DNA of 64,000 nucleotides from Paragordius varius (Eukaryota > Animalia > Nematomorpha), in the NCBI GenBank assembly GCA_964247055.1, contig OZ176050.1:1054001-1118000 (forward strand). Direction: 5' to 3'. The translations under genes were made by a program, and so were the position numbers. The notes under the pieces are model-generated. The model did no database searches, had not been told where the DNA came from, and worked only from the letters and a program-made list of their open reading frames with translations. Positions 54,401-64,000 of this stretch are shown here, one piece after another; within the stretch, counting starts at the first letter, position 1; the number at the start of each line of letters is the position of its first letter.

Positions 54401-57400
54401 TGTATAAAACTAGTCGTATCAATAAATCGCATCAATACTCAAGTTAAACTTTGTCCTTAAAAATCGGATATTGGTCACCGGTGAACAAAACTATTTTTTA
54501 TACATTCTCTTAGTAAGACTACATCAAAATATAGAGATAGTTTGACAAACTCTTTCATATCCGATTTTTACAGCGATACTTTAAAAAGTAATGTATTAAA
54601 CTAGTCGCATCAATACTCAAGTTAAACTTTATCCTTAAAAATCGGATATTGGTCACCGGTGAACAAAATTATTTTTTATACATTCTCTTAGTAAGACTAC
54701 ATCAAAATATAGAGATAGTTTGACAAACTCTTTCTTATCCGATTTTTACAACGATACTTTAAAAATTATGGTATTAAACCAGTCGCATCAATACTCAAGT
54801 ATAACTTTGTCATTAAAAATCGGATATTGGTCACCGGTGAACAAAATTATTTTATATACATTCTCTTAGTAAGACTACATCAAAATATAGAGATAGTTTG
54901 ACAAACTCTGTCATATCCGATTTTTACAACGATACTTTAAAAATTAATGTATAAAACTAGTCGCATCAATACTCAAGCTAAAATTGTCCTTAAAAATCGG
55001 ATATTGGTCACCGGTGAACAAAACTATTTTTTATACATTCTCTTAGTAAGACTACATCATTATATAGAGATAGTTTGACAAACTCTTTCATATCCGATTT
55101 TTACAACGATATTTAAGAATTAATGTATAAAACTAGTCGTATCAATAAATAGCATCAATACTCAAGTTAAACTTTGTCCTTAAAAATCGGATATTGGTCA
55201 CCGATGAACAAAATTATTTTTTATACATTCTCTTAGTAGGACTACATCAAAATATAGAGATAGTTTGGCAAACTTTTTCATAATCGATTTTTACAACGAT
55301 ACTTTAAAAATTAATGTATAAAACTAGTCGCATCAATACTCAAGCTAAACATTGTCCTTAAAAATCGGATATTGGTCACCGGTGAACTAAACTATTTTTT
55401 ATACATTCTCTTAGTAAGACTACATCAAAATATAGAAATAGTTTGACAAACTCTTTCATATCCGATTTTTACAAAGATACTTTAAAAATTATTAAAACTA
55501 GTCGCATCAATACTCAAGTTAAACTTTGTCCTTAAAAATCGAATATACCGGTGAACAAAATTATTTTATATACATTCTCTTAGTAAGACTACATTAAAAT
55601 ATAGAGATAGTTTGACAAACTCTTTCATATCCGATTTTTACAACGATATTTAAAAATTAATGTATAAAACTAGTCGTATCAATAAATCGCATCAATACTC
55701 AAGTTAAACTTTGTCCTTAAAAATCGGATATTGGTCACCGGTGAACAAAATTATTTTTTATACCTTCTCTTAGTAAGACTACATAAAAATAAAGAGATAG
55801 TTTGACAAACTCTTTCATATCCGATTTTTACAACGATACTTCAAAAATTAATGTATAAAACTAGTCGTATCAATAAATCGTATCAATACTCAAGTTAAAC
55901 TTTGTCCTTAAAAATCGGATATTGGTAACCGGTGAACAAAATTATTTTTTATACATTCTCTTAGTAGGACTACATCAAAATATAGAGATAGTTTGGCAAA
56001 CTCTTTCTTATCCGATTTTTACAACGATACTTTAAAAATTATGGAATTAAACCAGTCGCAATACTCAAGTTAAACTTTGTCCTTAAAAATCGGATATTGG
56101 TCACCGGTGAACAAAACTATTTTTTATACATTCTCTTAGTAAGACTACATCAAAATATAGAGATAGTTTGACAAACTCTTTCATATCCGATTTTTACAAC
56201 AATTCTTTAAAAATTAATGTATTAAACTAGTCGCATCAATACTCAAGTTAAACTTTATCCTTAAAAATCAGATATTGGTCACCGGTGAACAAAATTATTT
56301 TTTATACATTCTCTTAGTAGGACTACATCAAAATATAGAGATAGTTTGGCAAACTCTTTCATATCCGATTTTTACAACGATACTTTAAAAATTATGGTAT
56401 TAAACCAGTCGCATCAATACTCAAGTTAAACTTTGTCCTTAAAAATGAGATATTGGTCACCGGTGAACAAAATTATTTTTTATACATTCTCTTAGTAGGA
56501 CTACATCAAAATATAGAGATAGTTTGGCAAACTCTTTCATATCCGATTTTTACAACGATACTTTAAAAATTATGGTATTAAACCAGTCGCATCAATACTC
56601 AAGTTAAACTTTGTCCTTAAAAATCGGATATTGGTCACCGGTGAACAAAACTATTTTTTATACATTCTCTTAGTAAGACTACATCAAAATATAGAGATAG
56701 TTTGACAAACTCTTTCATATCCGATTTTTACAACGATACTTTAAAAATTAATGTATTAAACTAGTCGCATCAATACTCAAGTTAAACTTTGTCCTTAAAA
56801 ATCGGATATTGGTCACCGGTGAACAAAATTATTTTTTATACATTCTCATAGTAAGACTACATCAAAATATAGAAATAGTTTGACAAACTCTTTCATATCC
56901 GATTTTTACAACGATATTTAAAAATTAATGTATAAAACTAGTCGTATCAATAAATAGCATCAATACTCAAGTTAAACTTTGTCCTTAAGAATCGGATATT
57001 GGTCACCGATGAACAAAATTATTTTTTATACATTCTCTTAGTAGGACTACATCAAAATATAGAGATAGTTTGGCAAACTTTTTCATAATCGATTTTTACA
57101 ACGATACTTTAAAAATTAATGTATAAAACTAGTCGCATCAATACTCAAGTTATTTGTCCTTAAAAATCGGATATTGGTCACCGGTGAACAAAACTATTTT
57201 TTATACATTCTCATTAAGACTACATCAAAATATAGAGATAGTTTGACAAACTCTTTCATATCCGATTTTTACAGCGATACTTTAAAAATTAATGTATTAA
57301 ACTAGTCGCATCAATACTCAAGTTAAACTTTGTCATTAAAAATCGGATATTGGTCACCGGTGAACAAAATTATTTTATATACATTCTCTTAGTAAGACTA

Positions 57401-57975
57401 CATCAAAATATAGAGATAGTTTGACAAACTCTTTCATAATCGATTTTTACAACGATACTTTAAAAATTAATGTATAAAACTAGTCGCATCAATACTCAAG
57501 TTATTTGTCCTTAAAAATCGGATATTGGTCACCGGTGAACAAAACTATTTTTTATACATTCTCATTAAGACTACATCAAAATATAGAGATAGTTTGACAA
57601 ACTCTTTCATATCCGATTTTTACAGCGATACTTTAAAAATTAATGTATTAAACTAGTCGCATCAATACTCAAGTTAAACTTTGTCATTAAAAATCGGATA
57701 TTGGTCACCTGTGAACAAAACTATTTTTTATACATTCTCTTAGTAAGACTACATCATTATATAGAGATAGTTTGACAAACTCTTTCATATCCGATTTTTA
57801 CAACGATATTTAAGAATTAATGTATAAAACTAGTCGTATCAATAAATAGCATCAATACTCAAGTTAAACTTTGTCCTTAAAAATCGGATATTGGTCACCG
57901 ATGAACAAAATTATTTTTTATACATTCTCTTAGTAGGACTACATCAAAATATAGAGATAGTTTGGCAAACTTTTT
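50830..57975 (+). repeat. Partial tandem duplication, offset 3952 (about 50830-54020 and 54782-57975), with a nested 2692-bp offset repeat
   Basis: AAGTATAAC (50847/54799), CCGATGAAC (51251/55203) and ATACCTTCTC (51811/55763) are 3952 apart. CATCATTA (51103/53795) and GAACTAAAC (51436/54128) are 2692 apart. Confidence 0.9.
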
Positions 57976-60900
57976 CATATCCGATTTTTACAACGATACT
58001 TTAAAAATTATTAAAACTAGTCGCATCAATACTCAAGCTAAACATTGTCCTTAAAAATCGGATATTGGTCACCGGTGAACTAAACTATTTTTTATACATT
58101 CTCTTAGTAAGACTACATCAAAATATAGAGATAGTTTGACAAACCCTTTCATATCCGATTTTTACAACAATTCTTTAAAAATTAATGTATTAAACTAGTC
58201 GCATCAATACTCAAGTTAAACTTTATCCTTAAAAATCAGATATTGGTCACCGGTGAACAAAATTATTTTATATACATTCTCTTAGTAAGACTACATTAAA
58301 ATATAGAGATAGTTTGACAAACTCTTTCATATCCGATTTTTACAACGATATTTAAAAATTAATGTATAAAACTAGTCGTATCAATAAATCGCATCAATAC
58401 TCAAGTTAAACTTAGTCCTTAAAAATCGGATATTGGTAACCGGTGAACAAAATTATTTTTTATACATTCTCTTAGTAGGACTACATCAAAATATAGAGAT
58501 AGTTTGGCAAACTCTTTCTTATCCGATTTTTACAACGATACTTTAAAAATTATGGAATTAAACCAGTCGCAATACTCAAGTTAAACTTTGTCCTTAAAAA
58601 TCGGATATTGGTCACCGGTGAACAAAACTATTTTTTATACATTCTCTTAGTAAGACTACATCAAAATATAGAGATAGTTTGACAAACCCTTTCATATCCG
58701 ATTTTTACAACAATTCTTTAAAAATTAATGTATTAAACTAGTCGCATCAATACTCAAGTTAAACTTTATCCTTAAAAATCAGATATTGGTCACCGGTGAA
58801 CAAAATTATTTTTTATACATTCTCTTAGTAGGACTACATCAAAATATAGAGATAGTTTGGCAAACTCTTTCATATCCGATTTTTACAACGATACTTTAAA
58901 AATTATGGTATTAAACCAGTCGCATCAATACTCAAGTTAAACTTTGTCCTTAAAAATGAGATATTGGTCACCGGTGAACAAAATTATTTTTTATACATTC
59001 TCTTAGTAGGACTACATCAAAATATAGAGATAGTTTGGCAAACTCTTTCATATCGGATTTTTACAACGATACTTTAAAAATTATGGTATTAAACCAGTCG
59101 CATCAATACTCAAGTTAAACTTTGTCCTTAAAAATCGGATATTGGTCACCGGTGAACAAAACTATTTTTTATACATTCTCTTAGTAAGACTACATCAAAA
59201 TATAGAGATAGTTTGACACACTCTTTCATATCCGATTTTTACAACGATACTTTAAAAATTAATGTATTAAACTAGTCGCATCAATACTCAAGTTAAACTT
59301 TGTCCTTAAAAATCGGATATTGGTCACCGGTGAACAAAATTATTTTTTATACATTCTCATAGTAAGACTACATCAAAATATAGAAATAGTTTGACAAACT
59401 CTTTCATATCCGATTTTTACAACGATATTTAAAAATTAATGTATAAAACTAGTCGTATCAATAAATAGCATCAATACTCAAGTTAAACTTTGTCCTTAAG
59501 AATCGGATATTGGTCACCGATGAACAAAATTATTTTTTATACATTCTCTTAGTAGGACTACATCAAAATATAGAGATAGTTTGGCAAACTTTTTCATAAT
59601 CGATTTTTACAACAATACTTTAAAAATTAATGTATAAAACTAGTCGCATCAATACTCAAGTTAAATTTTGTCCTTAAAAATGGTATATTGGTCACCGGTG
59701 AACAAAACTATTTTTTATACATTCTCTTAGTAAGACTACATTAAAATATAGAGATAGTTTGACAAACTATTTCATATCCGATTTTTACAACGATACTTTA
59801 GAAATTAATGTATTAAACTAGTCGCATCAATACTCAAGTTTAACTTTGTCCTTAAAAATCGGATATTGGTCACCGGTGAACAAAACTATTTTTTATACAT
59901 TCTCTTAGTAGGACTACATCAAAGAGATAGTTTGGCAAACTCTTTCATATCCGATTTTTACAGCGATACTTTAAAAATTAATGTATTAAACTAGTCGCAT
60001 CAATACTCAAGTTATTTGTCCTTAAAAATCGGATATTGGTCACCGGTGAACAAAATTATTTTTTATAGATTCTCTTAGTAAAACTACATCAAAATATAGA
60101 AATAGTTTGACAAATTCTTTCATATCCGATTTTTACAACAATACTTTAAAAATTAATGTATAAAACTAGTCGCATCAATACTCAAGTTAAATTTTGTCCT
60201 TAAAAATGGGATATTGGTCACCGGTGAACAAAACTATTTTTTATACATTCTCTTAGTAAGACTACATTAAAATATAGAGATAGTTTGACAAACTATTTCA
60301 TATCCGATTTTTACAACGATACTTTAGAAATTAATGTATTAAACTAGTCGCATCAATACTCAAGTTTAACTTTGTCCTTAAAAATCGAATATTGGTCACC
60401 GGTGAACAAAACTATTTTTTATACATTCTCTTAGTAGGACTACATCAAAGAGATAGTTTGGCAAACTCTTTCATATCCGATTTTTACAGCGATACTTTAA
60501 AAATTAATGTATTAAACTAGTCGCATCAATACTCAAGTTAAACTTTGTCCTTAAAAATCGGATATTGGTCACCGGTGAACGAAACTATTTTTTATACATT
60601 CTCTTAGTAGGACTACATCAAAATATAGAGATAGTTTGGCAAACTCTTTCATATCCGATTTTTACAGCGATACTTTAAAAATTAATGTATTAAACTAGTC
60701 GCATCAATACTCAAGTTAAACTTTGTCCTTAAAAATCGGATATTGGTCACCGGTGAACGAAACTATTTTTTATACATTCTCTTAGTAAAACTACATCAAA
60801 ATATAGAAATAGTTTGACAAATTCTTTCATATCCGATTTTTACAACGATACTTTAAAAATTAATGTATAAAACTAGTCGCATCAATACTCAAGTTAAATT

Positions 60901-63900
60901 TTGTCCTTAAAAATGGGATATTGGTCACCGGTGAACAAAACTATTTTTTATACATTCTCTTAGTAAGACTACATCAAAATATAGAGATAGTTTGACAAAC
61001 TATTTCATATCCGATTTTTACAACGATACTTTAGAAATTAATGTATTAAACTAGTCGCATCAATACTCAAGTTAAACTTTGTCCTTAAAAATCGGATATT
61101 GGTCACCGGTGAACAAAACTATTTTTTTTACATTATCTTAGTAAGACTACATCAAAATATAGAGATAGTTTGACAAACTCTTTCATATCCGATTTTTACA
61201 GCGATACTTTAAAAATTAATGTATTAAACTAGTCGCATCAATACTCAAGTTAAACTTTGTCCTTAAAAATCGGATATTGGTCACCGGTGAACGAAACTAA
61301 TTTTTATACATTCTCTTAGTAGGACTACATCAAAATATAGAGATAGTTTGGCAAACTCTTTCATATCCGATTTTTACAACGATACTTTAAAAATTAATGT
61401 ATAAAACTAGTCGCATCAATACTCAAGTTAACATTTGTCCTTAAAAATCGGATATTGGTCACGGGTGAACAAAATTAGTTTTTATACATTCTCATAGTAA
61501 GACTACATCAAAATATAGAAATAGTTTGACAAACTCTTTCATATCCGATATTACAACGATAAAGCTAAACATTGTCCTTAAAAATCGGATATTGGTCACC
61601 GGTGAACAAAACTATTTTTTATACATTCTCATTAAGACTACATCAAAATATAGAGATAGTTTGACAAACTCTTTCATATCCGATTTTTACAGCGATATTT
61701 TAAATTAATGTATTAAACTAGTCGCATCAATACTCAAGTTAAACTTTGTCCTTAAAAATCGGATATTGGTCACCGGTGAACAAAATTATTTTTTATACAT
61801 TCTCTTAGTAAGACTACATCAAAATATAGAGATAGTTTGACAAACTCTATCATATCCGATTTTTACAACGATACTTTAAAAATTATGGTATTAAACCAGT
61901 CGCATCAATACTCACGTATAACTTTGTCCTTAAAAATCGGATATTGGTCACCGGTGAACAAAATTATTTTATATACATTCTCTTAGTAAAACTACATCAA
62001 AATACAGAGATAGTTTGACAAACTCTTTCATATCCGATTTTTACAACGATACTTTAAAAATTAATGTATAAAACTAGTCGCATCAATACTCAAGTTAAAC
62101 TTTGTCCTTAAAAATCGGATATTGGTCACCGGTGAACAAAACTATTTTTTATACATTCTCTTAGTAAGACTACATCAAAATATAGAGATAGTTTGACAAA
62201 CTCTTTCATATCCGATTTTTACAACGATACTTTAAAAATTAATGTATTAAACTAGTCGCATCAATACTCAAGTTAAACTTTGTCCTTAAAAATCGGATAT
62301 TGGTCACCGGTGAACAAAATTATTTTTTATACATTCTCATAGTAAGACTACATCAAAATATAGAAATAGTTTGACAAACTCTTTCATATCCGATTTTTAC
62401 AACGATATTTAAAAATTAATGTATAAAACTAGTCGTATCAATAAATAGCATCAATACTCAAGTTAAACTTTGTCCTTAAGAATCGGATATTGGTCACCGA
62501 TGAACAAAATTATTTTTTATACATTCTCTTAGTAGGACTACATCAAAATATAGAGATAGTTTGGCAAACTTTTTCATAATCGATTTTTACAACGATACTT
62601 TAAAAATTAATGTATAAAACTAGTCGTATCAATACTCAAGTTATTTGTCCTTAAAAATCGGATATTGGTCCCCGGTGAACAAAATTATTTTTTATACATT
62701 CTCTTAGTAAAACTACATCAAAATATAGAAATAGTTTGACAAACTCTTTCATATCCGATTTTTACAACGATACTTTAAAAATTAATGTATAAAACTAGTC
62801 GCATCAATACTCAAGTTATTTGTCCTTAAAAATTGGATATTGGTCCCCGGTGAACAAAATTATTTTTTATACATTCTCTTAGTAAAACTACATCAAAATA
62901 TAGAAATAGTTAAACAAATTCTTTCATATCCGATTTTTACAACGATACTTTAAAAATTAATGTATAAAACTAGTCGCATCAATACTCAAGTTAAATTTTG
63001 TCCTTAAAAATGGGATATTGGTCACCGGTGAACAAAACTATTTTTTATACATTCTCTTAGTAAGACTACATCAAAATATAGAGATAGTTTGACAAACTAT
63101 TTCATATCCGATTTTTACAACGATACTTTAGAAATTAATGTATTAAACTAGTCGCATCAATACTCAAGTTAAACTGTGTCCTTAAAAATCGGATATTGGT
63201 CACCGGTGAACAAAACTATTTTTTATACATTCTCTTAGTAGGACTACATCAAAATATAGAGATAGTTTGGCAAACTCTTTCATATCCGATTTTTACAACG
63301 ATACTTTAAAAATTATGGTATTAAACCAGTCGCATCAATACTCAAGTTACACTTTGTCCTTAAAAATCGGATATTGGTCACCGGTGAACAAAACTACTTA
63401 TTATACATTCTCTTAGTAAGACTACAACAAAATATAGAGCTAGTTTGACAAACTCTTTCAAATCCGATTTTTACAACGATATTTAAAAATTAATGTATAA
63501 AACTAGTCGTATCAATAAATCGCATCAATACTCAAGTTAAACTTTGTCCTTAAAAATCGGATATTGGTCACCGGTGAACAAAACTATTTTTTATACATTC
63601 TCTTAGTAAGACTACATCAAAATATAGAGATAGTTTGACAAACCCTTTCATATCCGATTTTTACAACAATTCTTTAAAAATTAATGTATTAAACTAGTCG
63701 CATCAATACTCAAGTTAAACTTTATCCTTAAAAATCAGATATTGGTCACCGGTGAACAAAATTATTTTTTATACATTCTCTTAGTAGGACTACATCAAAA
63801 TATAGAGATAGTTTGGCAAACTCTTTCATATCCGATTTTTACAACGATACTTTAAAAATTATGGTATTAAACCAGTCGCATCAATACTCAAGTTAAACTT

Positions 63901-64000
63901 TGTCCTTAAAAATGAGATATTGGTCACCGGTGAACAAAATTATTTTTTATACATTCTCTTAGTAGGACTACATCAAAATATAGAGATAGTTTGGCAAACT

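Larger units (their letters stand above)
7928..64000 (+). repeat. 178-bp AT-rich tandem satellite array, head-to-tail, roughly 310-315 monomers
   Basis: Landmarks recur at 178-bp spacing (TTAGTA at 8281 and 8459; TCCTTAAA at 8403 and 8581). Consensus: AAAATATAGAGATAGTTTGACAAACTCTTTCATATCCGATTTTTACAACGATACTTTAAAAATTAATGTATTAAACTAGTCGCATCAATACTCAAGTTAAACTTTGTCCTTAAAAATCGGATATTGGTCACCGGTGAACAAAATTATTTTTTATACATTCTCTTAGTAAGACTACATC (49 of 178 bases G+C). The + strand label only marks that all monomers share one orientation. Confidence 0.99.

Noticed and set aside
9025-61708. Repeated 60-65 aa ORF MTNSFISDITTIKLNIVL...
   Set aside because: It starts at TTG and exists only because the 137-bp deletion removes in-frame stops. 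It tracks the deletion monomer and has no recognisable domain.
7928-64000. CRISPR-like array (palindromic GTTTG-A-CAAAC, regular spacing)
   Set aside because: The whole 178 bp repeats. There are no unique spacers, no leader and no cas genes.
7928-64000. Identity with Arabidopsis CEN178 or primate alpha satellite; CENP-B box
   Set aside because: The length is similar, but the sequence does not resemble those consensuses as I recall them, and I found no TTCG....A..CGGG motif. A search against Repbase, Dfam or nt would be needed to name the family.
7928-64000. Monomer inversions or embedded transposable elements
   Set aside because: None were seen on reading through. All monomers are in the same orientation. 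A very short insertion could have been missed by eye.

Overview
The window is entirely tandem satellite DNA, most likely eukaryotic heterochromatin. I can support no genes, RNA genes, transposon ORFs or CRISPR arrays. Bases 1 to about 7,930 are a strand-asymmetric pentamer satellite, (ATTTT)n with (ATTTA)n patches. Rare marker motifs in it recur about every 0.9-1.0 kb, revealing a hidden higher-order period. At about 7,928-7,937 it joins abruptly, through a shared AAATATAG, to a head-to-tail 178-bp satellite (about 27% GC, roughly 310-315 monomers, one orientation). This satellite runs off the right edge with no foreign insertion that I could see. The monomer has three dyad elements and recurs as 137-bp, about 190-bp and other length variants. 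It is organised into nested higher-order repeats or duplications (315 bp up to 5.6 kb offsets) and into sub-family domains, and the two outer parts resemble each other more than they resemble the middle. All ORFs in the track are artefacts of repeat phase. I found no evidence of a new protein-coding system. The interest lies in satellite architecture and history. Duplication boundaries were read by eye and are approximate (within about 50 bp). The species and satellite family cannot be named from sequence alone.
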